A stretch of 64,000 nucleotides of DNA, from contig ML996693.1 of the NCBI GenBank assembly GCA_010356995.1, positions 806,001 to 870,000 of the forward strand. Reading direction: 5' to 3'. Source of the stretch: Trichodelitschia bisporula (Eukaryota). Both the position numbers and the translations under genes were made by a program. Below, one piece after another: positions 50,441 through 62,189 of this stretch (its first letter is position 1; each line of letters opens with the position of its first letter). The notes beneath the pieces were generated by a model that was not told the origin of the DNA, searched no databases, and worked only from the letters and a program-made list of their open reading frames with translations.

Positions 50441-52798
50441 ATGTCAGGGAATGGAGAAACAGCGGATGAGCGAAGCCATTTACTTGATGGTTCCCATCGA
50501 GGCAGCCTTGTCCCCTTCTATGGGGGCGAAGTGGATGCGGAATCTCTCTTGAGTTCCGCCCCCAGCATCGATGAGGCAGATTTGAGGGACAGCGCTGTCG
50601 GTGAAAGGCGAGGGTACTATGACTTCTCAACCGTAGATTGGCTTCATGATCTGGTGCGTCGATGAGCGTCTTATGCCCATACTGTTTTAACATGCGCTAG
50701 GTCAAAGACTCGTACCGCTGGCGAGCAGTCCACAGAAAATCCGGCATCCGAAACGCCCTTTATGCCAGTGCAGACAAGTCTTCCGGCTGGATCGCTGTTA
50801 TCTTCATTGGCGCATGTATGGCCGTCGTAGCCGCTTTCCTGGATCTCGCCGAAGCAACCACCTCCGACTGGAAAACAGGCTACTGCAGGTCCAATCCCTT
50901 CCTGGATCGCGAGTCCTGCTGCGCAAAAGTCTCAGATTCCCCTTGCGAACAGCTCTTTATCCCGTGGACGAGTGGCTACTGGCCAACTTATGGAGTTTAC
51001 ATTGCCTTTTCTCTTCTTTTCGGGATAGTGAGCCGCATTGTAACGCGTACCACCAAACGCCCGTTGCCTGTGGCCGATTCAGGTTACAACTCGCGGTACC
51101 TCGGAAAATCCTTGTTCATGGCCGCCGGTTCCGGAGTTCCCGAAGTCAAATCCATCATCTCCGGATTCGTCATGCCCGAGTTTCTGAGCCTCAGAGTTAT
51201 GATGGCTAAAATCGTCGGCACCGTTTTCGCCATTGGAGCTGGCTTGTGCTTAGCGAAAGAGGATACATACATGCACCTTTCAACCTGTATAGGGCACTCT
51301 ATCGCGAGTTGGCTCCCGAAGTACAAGAACAACGAAAGGAACATGCGAAAGATACTATTTGCAGCTTGCTCGGCTGGAATGAGCGCCGGATTCGGAGTAC
51401 CAATTGGCGGTGTACTCTTCACATATGAGGTACAGTAGGACAGGCCCTTTGAAAACATTTGCTAATGTTCTATAGCACGCGAGCGCTTACTTTTCTCGGC
51501 CTGTTCTATGGATGGCCTTTCTGTGTTCAATGACTGTATCCGTCGTACTGAAGGCTCTAAACCCTGGGGAAACGGGTCAGCTGGTGCTCAGAACAAACTA
51601 CGACGCCTCATATCAGCCCGTGCACTATCTAATCTTCATGATCCTCGGTGTCGCGGGTGGTCTCTTCGGTGGCTTGTTTTGTCCAGTCAACGCTGCCTGG
51701 CTACGATGGATGAAGGGCAGTCCGATATATTCACTTGTCATCGTCTCCGCCATACTTCAATTCCAGAATCCGATCATCCGGCAGCCCGGGAATGCGATGA
51801 TAAAGACCCTACTTCTGGATTGTCGGGATCCTTCGCATGCATCAAACTGGATCTGTCAGCGTGAAACCCAGCTCGACGGAAAGTGGGGCTACGTTGGATG
51901 GCTTTCATACAGTTACGTCGTCAGGTTCGCTCTTTCCATCATGACCTTTGGCAGTCCAGTTCCATCCGGGATAATAATGCCTGCTTTGGGCGTCGGAGCC
52001 TTTTTCGGCCGAATCGTTGGGCAGTTTGTCACTTCCATCCCGCCTGGTATCTTTGCCGTTGTTGGCGCTGGTGCCTCCCTTGCGGGTGTTTCTCGGATGA
52101 CGCTATCCCTCATCGTTATTATGTTTGAGGTAAGTACTTTGCCGAAATATAGAGACTTGCTAACGCCGCAGCTTACTGGGGACTACGGACATGTAATCCC
52201 GCACATGATGGCGATCATCATTGCCAAATGGGTCGCGAATATCATAAGCACAGACGGTGTTTACGACGTCAACAAGGCTCTGTTGGGCCATCCATTCCTT
52301 GACACCGATCGATCTCTGAAACTCGTCAAGCGCCACAAGCTCCTTGCGTGGAAGCTCATACCGCCAGATGCGGCCATGGGCCTATTCGTAGTGCCAGCGG
52401 GGAACAAGGTGGTAAAGCACCTTCTCGAGACGAGACTTGCTTCTTTGTCACGGCAGGGGCTTGATGCGGGATTGTTGCTGGTGAAGGATGGACTGCTGCA
52501 GGGCTACCTTGCCCAAGAAGAGTTGCAGTTTGGGCTACGGCATCTTCTCCGGGACGCCGACCGCCGGGCAGAAGTAAGGCTCTTGGGTGGTTCAGACGGA
52601 GAAGAATTGGATTTGAGCCACTTTGTTGACCGCACAACTCTCACCCTTTCCTCCCAGGCTCCGATGGAATATGCGGTTGAGATGTTTGGCAAGCTGGGTC
52701 TGAGATACTTGTGTATCGTCGAAGAGGGGACGGGGAAGCCGCTGGGCTTGGTCACCAAGAAGCGGATCGTGAGTGTCCTGAGCGGGTTGACTGAGTAA
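50441..52798 (+). CDS. CLC-family chloride channel/exchanger with CBS-like tail, ~740 aa, divergent; exons 50441-50653, 50701-51429, 51476-52129, 52172-52798
   Basis: STVDWLHDL|VKDSYR, DWKTGYC, AGSGVPEVK, FGVPIGGVLF, PSGIIMP, GVSRMTLSLIVIMFE|LTG, DGVYD, EMFGKLGLRYL. Confidence 0.9.
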
Positions 52799-54039
52799 GT
52801 TTGCTTCAAAGTTGTTTGATGAGAGATACAGGTCAACCGAGAGAGTGTCTTTGATTACCGACTGTCGTGCGATTCCTCCGGTGCATCAAACTTCATGGCA
52901 AACACCTCGAGAGTGGCCTCAAACCCAATGCTGCAGTTTTCCGAGATGGCCTCGTAATCCCAACCCAAAGATTCCTCCCCAGCACACATATCATGCATTG
53001 CGAACAGCAGCTGCATTATGCAGGATGATTTCAATTGATGTGCGTCAAATGTAGCATTCCGCCGCTGCAGCCGTCTTGCGCTGATACAAGGGTACAATGA
53101 CCGGAGAGTGTGGTTCTTGCATGAAGGTGGGTATGCTGGTAGAGAGGCTCAGTTCTCACCTTGTGTAGCATCGCAGCTTTTAGTCAAACAGACCGGACGA
53201 TCATTTCCGCTTTCCCAGGAACGCTTCGAACGTTGGGGTTGGACCACACGTGCCGGTGTCCGCGATGCGGCTTCCCGTACACCGTCAAGTTCCGAACGTC
53301 AGCCTTTTTGCAGCAGGAAGCCGTTTGTGCCACTTGAAACCCAGACACGACATCCCCTCGACCTTGCCTTCACGATGCCGAAAAGCCTCACTTACATCGC
53401 TATTTGAGTTAACGAGGCAACTGCAACGGCCAAGGTGCATGAAGGTACTGAGGTCCGCCAATCACACTCCTGCTTAGCATCGTGAACTGGCCTGATGCTG
53501 GCCATTTTGGAGGTCCATTCCACTGCCAACTCACGAAGCGCCTGCGTGGAGGATGGCCGTCGCCGCACAAGCATCATCGTGAATTTCAAATCCTACCACA
53601 CCGCACCAGGAACACGGGGGCGGTCGCTTTACTCTCGCCTTGGGGTTTCCTGGCTTGGTGGAGCTGGCCACAAGAATACCGGTCAAGATTTCGTACCTTC
53701 GTCCTCACTGGAGTCGGTCATGAACCACACCCGGTTAACCGGTCGAAACCCCTTTCTCACATCGCGGAACCAAGTATAAAGGCGCAGTCGTACATGTGAG
53801 TAGGGTCTGATCGTCCAAATGTGAATCGGCAATTCCACTACCAGACAGAACAAACAGCTACTTTTGCAAATCTTCCTTACCACCGAGTCGACGATAACAA
53901 GGTCGCACACGCCCAACGTAGCACATCAACGCTCGCCAGTGTCCGCTCCTCAGTCAACCCCGTCATCTGCATCATTCACGCAGCCTCCGCTTTAGGGGCC
54001 GACCACCTCACCCGCAACATCCTCTCGAGTCCCACCATC

Positions 54040-54255
54040 ATGTGCCCCTACTACGCCTACACCTTTGCCTGCGGCCACACGCAGACCGTGTGGGCCACCT
54101 ACTGCGCCGATGCCCAGCTCGCACAGCGCCGGTGCGAGCCGCGCAACAACGGTGCCCGCATATCGGCCAGTGTAAAAGTGGACATGACATGTGGAGGCTG
54201 CCAGATCAACAAGGCTCCTGGAGTCAAGTTGGATGGGAAGGCTGCTGCACGGTGA
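54040..54255 (+). CDS. Small (71 aa) Cys/His protein, MC-x8-CGH...C...C...CxxC pattern
   Basis: CACCATC-ATG context, C-ending codon bias, MCPYYAYTFACGHTQTVWATYC...RRC...TCGGC; no signal peptide. Confidence 0.65.
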   Translation: MCPYYAYTFACGHTQTVWATYCADAQLAQRRCEPRNNGARISASVKVDMTCGGCQINKAPGVKLDGKAAAR

Positions 54256-54619
54256 TTGCGACACGGTGATGACGGAATGGTGGAAGAGGACCCCGGTCCC
54301 TGGTACATGGAGATAGAGTCGACGGAGTTAGGTGCATGTATGCGGCATCGGGAGCGGAGCTTGAGGAAATCGATTTTGGTTGCGAGGGTATCAAGGGGTT
54401 GGTGGCGTAGTGAGATTGGTACTGAGCTGGAGTCATGATGTCATGTTAGCACCTATGGACATGAAGCTATGGTGATGTTGTGAGCAGCTGTCATTTGAAT
54501 TGGGTAGGAGCGCTCAAGTACGTCCATGCAGTTCCATCATGCGGGCCGAGCCGACGGCAAGAGACATCACACTCTTATCTAGGTCTAGACCGACGCCAAC
54601 CATCTAAACCCTAAAGCCA

Positions 54620-55494
54620 CTACTCCACCCGAATCCCATAAACACCATAATCAAACTCCTCCAGACTCCCCAACAACCGTCCCCACCCATCTCCAATCGC
54701 TCCCGGCGGATCCTCACCCTCCTCCCCAACATGCTCTCCCGTCAACCCCGCCAAAACCTCCTCCTCCCTCCCCATATACAACTCCCTCAACCCCGGATGC
54801 GGACACCAAACCACCTGCATACCCGCCCTCCGCCCAGCTTCAACTCCGGGCACCGAATCCTCAAACACCAAGCATTCCTCAGGTCGAATCTCAGGCTCCC
54901 CCGCCGCACGCACGCTCTCATTCACCGCCTTCAGCGCCACGAGGTAAATATCCGGCGCAGGCTTGCCGCGGCCGGCGGGGATGCGGGGATCATCACCTAC
55001 GATCCGATGTTCAGGCGGGAAAAGCGTGAAGAGATCCTGTAGGTGTCGTGTCTTGAGCTCGTAGTTGAAGTTATGCGACGAGGTGGCGAGCGCAATGTGT
55101 ACTTTCTTCGGGGGGGGTGTGCTTGCTAGTTTAGAGACCAGTGCGTGGGCACCCGGCAGTGGCTGGCAGGTGGGGAAGTGCTCGAGTTGTAGGGCGCGGT
55201 TTTTGGCGTGGAATTCTTCGGGGGGGATGGGGAGTTGGGCCCATTCTTGGAAGATTCGACCGGACTGGGCGTGGGTGAGTATGCGGTGGACATGGTGTGC
55301 GGGGGGGGAGAGCTTACTTCGGGGGCGGGTCGGCCCTGTAGTTGCGCTTTTATGTGCCATGGTATATTGGGTTTGCCGTACTCAGAGAGGATCTTGTTGA
55401 TGGTGATGGTGTAGAGGTCCTCTGAGTTGATTAGAAGGCCGTCCATGTCGAAGAGGCAAGCCCGAATGGGCGGGAGTCCGGAGGAGGACGACAT
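54620..55494 (-). CDS. HAD-superfamily phosphatase (pseudouridine-5'-phosphatase/HDHD1-like); exons 55494-55318, 55264-54620
   Basis: CLFDMDGLLINSEDLY motif I, ALATSS motif II, GKPAPDIYL, CLVFEDSVPGVEAG; intron 55317-55265. Confidence 0.9.
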
Positions 55495-55998
55495 TGTGCA
55501 GCTTAGAAGTAGGAGAGAGGAGAACGGTAGGTGTTGGGTTTGGTGGAAGGCTACTATCAAACTGTCGGGCTTTTGTGACCGTAGCGTGGGGTTCGACGGT
55601 TCAAAAGCAAAATCTGCAGCATGCACGAACTAGGCGTTAAATAGGAAAGGCTTCGACGATCCGCTGACGTCTTACGGGATTTTCAATATTGCAGACGTGC
55701 CTCTACACCACCCGGTATCACATTCGTCCGGATAAACACGATGTGAGGAGAGGAAGTCACATCCGCCCAAGGCTCGCAAGGCTCGCAAGCGCATGCTCCG
55801 AAAACGGACCAGCGGACAAAATGCCCCACCGATCCCTGACTCCACGTGCCGATATAACTTGGCGACCGTGACGTAGCTGCAGAGCGACTGAGAAGCAAAC
55901 GGAGAGTACTGTAGCTATCTCACCTCACCCCGCGTTTTGAGGCGGCAGCCTTCCACGCACCTCATAAACGACCTCGGCAGTGATCGTCACCACCAGCC

Positions 55999-56804
55999 AT
56001 GTCTTCCTCTCCACCCCCTCCTAAGGAACGCGCCCCAGCCGACTCGGACGCGGACTCGGATGCTGCCCTCCTCAGCCAGTCCAACACCCTCAAATCCGCC
56101 GCCACCTCCGCCTTCGCAGCAGCGGACTACCCAGCCGCCATAACAGGCTACGAGCGCGCGCTCGCCGCGCTCCCAACAACGCTCGACTACGACATCGCAG
56201 TGTTACACGCCAACATCGCAGCATGTCACCTGAAGCTTGCCGCATGGCGAGAAACCATCGACGCAGCGACCCAGGCTCTAGAAGAATTAGAAAGGGTGGA
56301 TCCGACGCCCAAGAAGCCGGCGGCGGAGACTGAGGCCCAGGCTGTGGTCGAGGAGGTCACGGACGAGGCGGCGGGGCGCATCGATGCGCTGGCTGCGAGT
56401 GGCAGGACGACTGAGGATGTGCGTAAGATACGCGCGAAGGCGCTGTTGAGACGGGCGAAGGCTCGGAGCGAGTTGGGCGGATGGGGGGAGTTGGCGGGTG
56501 CGGAGGAGGGTAGGTGCCTTTCTGTGCGACGTGATGAGACGTGCTGATGCGGGTAGACTACAAGGTCCTGGATGGCATGGCTAATCTTACGGCGCTGGAT
56601 CGCGCAACAGTACGGCGGGAGCTGCGGACGCTGAAGCCGAGGCTCGAGGATGCGAAGCAGCGCGAAATGGGGGATATGATGGGCAAGCTGAAGGAGTTGG
56701 GAAATGGGATTTTAAAGCCGTTCGGCTTGTCGACCGATAACTTCAATATGGTCCAGGATGAAACGACGGGAGGGTACAATCTGCAGTTCAACCAAGGCAA
56801 ATAG
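55999..56804 (+). CDS. TPR protein, TTC1-like; exons 55999-56509, 56557-56804
   Basis: TPR helices (AVLHANIAACHLKL, KALLRRAKAR) and C-terminal MMGKLKELGNGILKPFGLSTDNF typical of TTC1; intron 56510-56556. Confidence 0.88.
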
Positions 56805-57067
56805 AGTCAACTAGGATCAAATAGATCATAAACCATGCATTGAGAGCTGTCTAGGACCATATTCGCCTCTGTTGATGGCTAGGCGGCACAGTCAGCCTCA
56901 TGATTTGCCGTGAGATTTTTGCTACTGCCATTAGACCGGATAATGTCTCTGACCGCACCGAGCCATACCAAACGCCTTTGATCAAAGAGTTCGCATCAAC
57001 AGCCTAGTCGGGCAAGCATTCTTCGAAGCGTGTGGCATGCAGTCCTCAGCACATCCGCTGGTCCATT

Positions 57068-57788
57068 CTACTCGACTTCCTCGATGCCCGACGACTTCTT
57101 TGCCTCGGCGAGCTTCTCGTCCACCTCCTCAAGCTCCGGCATGTCATCATCATCATCCTCGCCCGCCGGGCCAGCCTCACCACCGGGTCCGCTCCCGAGC
57201 TTCGAGAAGTCGATGCCCTCGAAGCCTTGGCCGGCACCGCCGCCGGCACCGGCGAAGGGATTCATGCCGCCCATAAGGTCCTCCTCGCCGGCCTCGTCCT
57301 GCTCGTCCTCGTCGACCCACTAAAGAGCGTCAGATTGAATATGCATGCAGAGTAAAGTAGGTAGACTAACCTTGTCGAAGTCGGTCTTCAAGAAGTGCAG
57401 CTTGGCCTTCTCCTTGAGAAGACGCGGCCAGAACTCGTCCTTGGCATCCTTCTTCTGAAGCACGAGCTGAATTTCACGGTTCGTGTGGTTGATCTTAGTG
57501 TGATCGGGATCAATCTCGGCGTAAAACTCAAGCTCGACATGGTACGTCGTCTTCTTGTTGACGGGCGTGCCGGTGAATGTGAGTTTTGTAGGGGTGATGT
57601 CAAGCTTCAGATCCTGTGGTGCCACGTCCGACACATTGAGAGTGAGGAAAACGATATTTTTCGTCGGATCAGAGCTACTCGCGCGTTGCGCCCAAAGAAC
57701 TGCAAGAAAAGTTTGTAAGCCACAGATGCATCAATCTGTGCTACGTGCAAAGGAGGAACATACCTTCGGGGGTGAGAGTCTGAGCCAT
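57068..57788 (-). CDS. SBA1: Hsp90 co-chaperone p23 (Sba1/Wos2); exons 57788-57764, 57699-57371, 57319-57068
   Basis: MAQTLTPE|VLWAQRASS, FWPRLLKEKAKLHFLKTDFDK|WVDEDEQDE, G/D-rich tail; introns 57763-57700 and 57370-57320. Confidence 0.93.
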
Positions 57789-58518
57789 GGTGCGGGGTAG
57801 ATTTGTGGAAGTGGGGTGGAGTGTAGCGACGTTAGAAAGTTGAGGGTGAAACGGGTGATGGAGTGTGTAGGTATTTGAATCGGTGGTGGGATGAAATGTT
57901 GAAGTTCGTCTGGAGAAACTGAAGAAGGAACCTAGGAAGCCGCAGGGAGCGGTTAATACTTAGCGCGATGAGGCTGGGGAGATGTTTGTAGAAGTGCATG
58001 GAACGGTCCACAGGATGCGACAGTACACACAGAACCTTACCTGGGGGGCAAACTCAACCGCTATTTGGTATTTGGAGGATAGAAGGTGGAAAAATCAGAG
58101 AATTTCAACTTGTCGAGCGATCAGAAAACTTGGATGGGAGAGGACAACAGGAATCAATTGTTTTCGAAGGTGCTTCCTGCGATTACGGCTCTCTCATCAC
58201 AATGCTCTGCCCCTCCCCCTCCCTTCCCCTCCCCTCCACTGCCCACCCGCGCGCCGAGCCAGGAAGCGCCCCAAACGTCAGTCCGAAGCGCTGCCTGCAG
58301 CAACGCCGCCCAGCAACTGCAACACTCAAGGAACAACAACCCACATCGTAAACAAGCAGACGCAACCATATACCCGATCATTCCTGTTGCTCTCCAGTTC
58401 CTCGCACTTTGCAGCCTCTATGCCACTTGCCTAGCCTTGTTCCACTTTCTCGATCCCTCTAGCTCCTCCTACATCCTCACACCCGCTCACGACTCGTACA
58501 TCTTGCGCTGGTTCCACA

Positions 58519-59249
58519 ATGCAAACCGTCCGGTCATTCTTCTTCAAACCCACGCCTGAGGAGCAGGTACTTGACTCCCGGCGCTTCCGGATCTCAGTCC
58601 TCTAATGGTGCAGCAATAGAAACAGAAATGCAATGCTCTGGTACGCAAAAACGTACGCGCCCTAGACCGCGACATCCAGAACCTGAAAGGCCTCGAGTCC
58701 AAGACAAGAGGTCTGATCTTGGGAGCCTCGAAGCGAGCGCAGCGCAACCAGTCTCAGGCCCAGCAGGCGGCCCAAGAAACTCGTATATTCGCTCGCGAGC
58801 TCATCCGTGTGCGGAAGCAGGCTGCGCGATTGCAGACTAGCAAGGCACAGCTTCAGAGCGTGCAGATGCAAGTAAACGAGGCCTTCTCTGTACGCAAGAT
58901 TGAGGGCAGCATACGCGCGTCAACGGGCATCATGAAGGACGTTAACAGCCTGGTGCGGCTTCCGGAGCTTACAGGCACGATGCGAGAGCTCAGTCAGGAG
59001 TTAGTCAAGGCGGGCATCATTGAGGAAATGGTCGGCGATTCGCTGCCGGACTCGGAGCTGCTCGAGGGCGAAGACGAAGAGGCCGAGGCCGAGGTGGATA
59101 AGGTGCTCAACGAGATCCTCAAGGACAAGCTGCCTCCCTCGGTACAGCAACCCGAGGTGGAACTTCCATCTGCACCGGTGGAAGAGGAGGAAGACCAAGA
59201 GGAGATACTGGCTCAAATGCGGGGGCGCTTGGAGGCTTTAAAGAGCTGA
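58519..59249 (+). CDS. VPS24: ESCRT-III subunit Vps24/CHMP3; exons 58519-58566, ~58620-59249
   Basis: RALDRDI, FARELIR, SKAQLQSVQMQV, MRELSQELVKAGIIEEM, C-terminal MIM-like MRGRLEALKS. Confidence 0.92.
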
Positions 59250-59729
59250 GCGGCGACGCGGAGACCATGTCTGTTTTCTGTTATGCTCGTATAGCCTGCG
59301 TCATTATAAGTGGAGTGTGGCGTTTGGAAGCTGTTGGTGGTGGAATGGACTCGTCAGCGGGCGCTCACGGGCATGTTGAAATTGGTGTAGCAATTCTGGC
59401 ATAGCACGAAGCTGTGTGTTTTCAAAAGCCTTTGTCCCAAATAATTGCCAGTATTTGTTCTTTGGGCACATACAAGCAGTGATACTAGATCCGCGGACAC
59501 GTAGTATATTTGTTTCCAGGGACCCGATTTGCTCGGCCCCGCTCCTCTAAGGTTACCTCAGATGCGGCTGGCGGCGCCATCTCCGCGTCCACCACCTCCC
59601 CCACCACAGTGCTCGTGACCGTCTTTTGCTTTATTTGTCGGGCAACGACACGCCACTTGATGGTCATATAAATCATCTCCTCCGCCCGCTGAACTTCACC
59701 ATTGCTTCAGCGGGACTGAACGACAAAGG

Positions 59730-62189
59730 ATGTCAGCAAACATTGTCGAGAGGGTCAATGACCTGACCCGCCTTGCCAACGAGCACATCGAGAAAGGCGA
59801 ACTCTCTCGTGCGCTCTCTATCCTCACGCAAGCTGCATCTATCGACTCGCATAACGAAAGTATTAAGAAGGTATTTGATACACTGGTGAAGCAGGAAGGC
59901 GGTGCCGCTCTCATCCATCTCTGCCGCCAATGGATCCTCACCCTTAAGGACGACCACGGAGAAGAGGCCCTGGACTTCATGCACCGGCACAATGTGTCCT
60001 TTGATGTCGCCAACGCGGCCATGGAGACGATGCTCGACTATTCCGGCGAACTAGACATGGCGGATCAGATCACGGGCGAGCTACTCAAGTATCCCGGAGC
60101 CCGCAAGGCGATCGTTGACGGTTTGCTGGAGGCCCCCACATCACTCTTTCGCAAGCTCTACGACCGCGGGGATGATACATCCGACCGGGTGACGGATTTG
60201 GTGCTGAACCGCTCGGCGTGGCCGTCTGAGGAGAAGCGCATCGCAACCGAGCGTGACGTGTTCCAGCTCGCTCTGGCACACCTCCTAGGTGCCGGCGAGG
60301 ACTACCCGCAGCGGGCTATGAAGATCATAGCGCGCCTGCTCAGCGTTGAGGAGACCAACTTGCATGGTCTGATCGATGCGGACTGCTTCGAAGCCATTCT
60401 AACGGCGCTCGACTTCCGCAAGCCGGTGTCGCTGCGCACTCAGGCCACTATTGCTACGGCGATGCTCCTCCAGCACTCGCCTGAAGAAGCGCAGGTCCTC
60501 ATCTCGCAGTTTGTCGTCCGCCGGGTGACGAAGCCTACTGCCGAGGGTCTAATCCTTTCGTTTTCTGCCGCGGCTACCGTCTTTCCAATGTCACCATCTG
60601 CCGCGTCTACACTGTTCCTGCAGGAAGGGTTTCTCCCAAGCCTCGTGCGCCTTGTCAGCAAGTGGAAGAGCCAACGGCTGGAAAACGCCGCTCTGGAGCT
60701 CCTGAATGCTGCTTGTATCGACAAGATATGCCGCGAGGGCATCCGGAAGCACTGCTACGAGTGGCTGAAGGACGTCGCCGAGACCGGCAGTGACTCGAAG
60801 CGCAGCAGCCAGGCAGCACTCGTTATTTTAAAAGTCAAAGATGCTGTCGGTGAGGGTGAAGCGCCCAAGGCTTTGCCACTGGATGAAAGGACCCAGGACG
60901 AACTTGTCTCGCGGTTCAAACGCATAATCATCGATGAGAGCGGTGAAAAGCAAGATTCCGTGGAGGGGTTGGCCTACGCATCCATCAACCCGAAGGTCAA
61001 AGAAGAGCTAGCTAGCGACTCGAAGCTGCTCAAGAAGCTGACCACGATTCTCAAGAACCCTAAAATTGGCGGAGCGGCCCTCTTTGGAGGCTTGAGCATC
61101 TTCTCCAACCTCACGACCTATCTTCCTGTGCTGACAGAGGAGCAAAAGAAGCTCTCTGAACTCAAGGCCTACGCCAACACAGCCAAACCTGCCCCTCCAG
61201 ATCCCCTCGACGACCATGAGCATGTCTCAGCTCGTTGCAAAAAGGTTCTGAACGCAGGTGTCATTCCCGTATTTGCCACTTTAGCGAAACAGCCCCTCTC
61301 TCCACTCAACCAAACTCTCATCCTCCAAACCCTGAACTCACTCTCAAAAGACAAATTCAACCGCGGCACCATGGCCCAACAAGGCGCTGTCAAACTCCTC
61401 ATAACCCTTTTCGACACGCTATCCAAGCCTCTCCCCAACACCACCCCTAACCCGCAAGCCCAAACCATCCCACGCACTGCCGCCCATGCCCTCGCCCGCA
61501 TCCTAATCTCCCTCAACCCCAAGCACGTCTTCTCCTCCACCCTCCCCCTCCCTTCCGCCATCCCACCCCTCCTCTCCCTCTTAACGGACGATCCGGACTC
61601 TACTGCCCCAACCCGCAACCTCCTCCCCACCTTCGAAGGCCTCCTCGCCCTCACGAACCTCGCCTCCGCCAACAACGCCGCCCGCACCGCGATCATCCGC
61701 GCCGCATGGCCGAGCATCGAGGACTTGCTCCTTGCCGATAACGTCATGGTCCGCCGCGCGGCCACGGAGCTGACGTGCAATATATGCGCGGGCCCGGCGG
61801 GGATTGCGCTCTTCGCTGATGGGTCGGCCCAGGCGAAGCGGCGCGTGCATATCTTGCTTGCGCTGGCGGATGGGGAGGATTTGGCGACGCGTAGGGCGGC
61901 GGGTGGTGCGCTGGCTATGGTGCTTGAGTTTAAGGGCGCGGTGCAGGGGGTACTGGAGCAGGAGCGTGGGACGGGGATTCTGGTTGCGATGTGCGCGGAT
62001 GAGAATGAGGAGGTTGTGTGGCGGGGACTGGTGTGCTTGGGTGGGTTGGTGGAGGTCGGTGGGAAGAAGGCGAAGGAGGCGCTGAAGAGGGAGGATGCGG
62101 AGGGGGTGGTGGGGAATCTGATTGAGAGGAGGGGGTTGAGGAGCGAGGTTAAGAGTCTGGCGGTGCAATTGTGGAAGGAAAAGCTTTGA
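59730..62189 (+). CDS. SHE4: UCS-domain myosin chaperone (She4/CRO1/Rng3), 819 aa, intronless
   Basis: ELLNAACIDK, VEGLAYAS, LKAYAN, RGTMAQQGAVK, AHALARILISLNP, FEGLLALTNLAS, VRRAATELTCN, RRAAGGALA are UCS-domain blocks. Confidence 0.9.
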   Translation: MSANIVERVNDLTRLANEHIEKGELSRALSILTQAASIDSHNESIKKVFDTLVKQEGGAALIHLCRQWILTLKDDHGEEALDFMHRHNVSFDVANAAMETMLDYSGELDMADQITGELLKYPGARKAIVDGLLEAPTSLFRKLYDRGDDTSDRVTDLVLNRSAWPSEEKRIATERDVFQLALAHLLGAGEDYPQRAMKIIARLLSVEETNLHGLIDADCFEAILTALDFRKPVSLRTQATIATAMLLQHSPEEAQVLISQFVVRRVTKPTAEGLILSFSAAATVFPMSPSAASTLFLQEGFLPSLVRLVSKWKSQRLENAALELLNAACIDKICREGIRKHCYEWLKDVAETGSDSKRSSQAALVILKVKDAVGEGEAPKALPLDERTQDELVSRFKRIIIDESGEKQDSVEGLAYASINPKVKEELASDSKLLKKLTTILKNPKIGGAALFGGLSIFSNLTTYLPVLTEEQKKLSELKAYANTAKPAPPDPLDDHEHVSARCKKVLNAGVIPVFATLAKQPLSPLNQTLILQTLNSLSKDKFNRGTMAQQGAVKLLITLFDTLSKPLPNTTPNPQAQTIPRTAAHALARILISLNPKHVFSSTLPLPSAIPPLLSLLTDDPDSTAPTRNLLPTFEGLLALTNLASANNAARTAIIRAAWPSIEDLLLADNVMVRRAATELTCNICAGPAGIALFADGSAQAKRRVHILLALADGEDLATRRAAGGALAMVLEFKGAVQGVLEQERGTGILVAMCADENEEVVWRGLVCLGGLVEVGGKKAKEALKREDAEGVVGNLIERRGLRSEVKSLAVQLWKEKL

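Noticed and set aside
52130..52171. 42-nt in-frame segment read through by the CLC ORF as coding
   Set aside because: Has GTAAGT donor, GCTAAC branch and CAG acceptor; removal restores the conserved IMFE-LTG motif, so it is treated as an intron.
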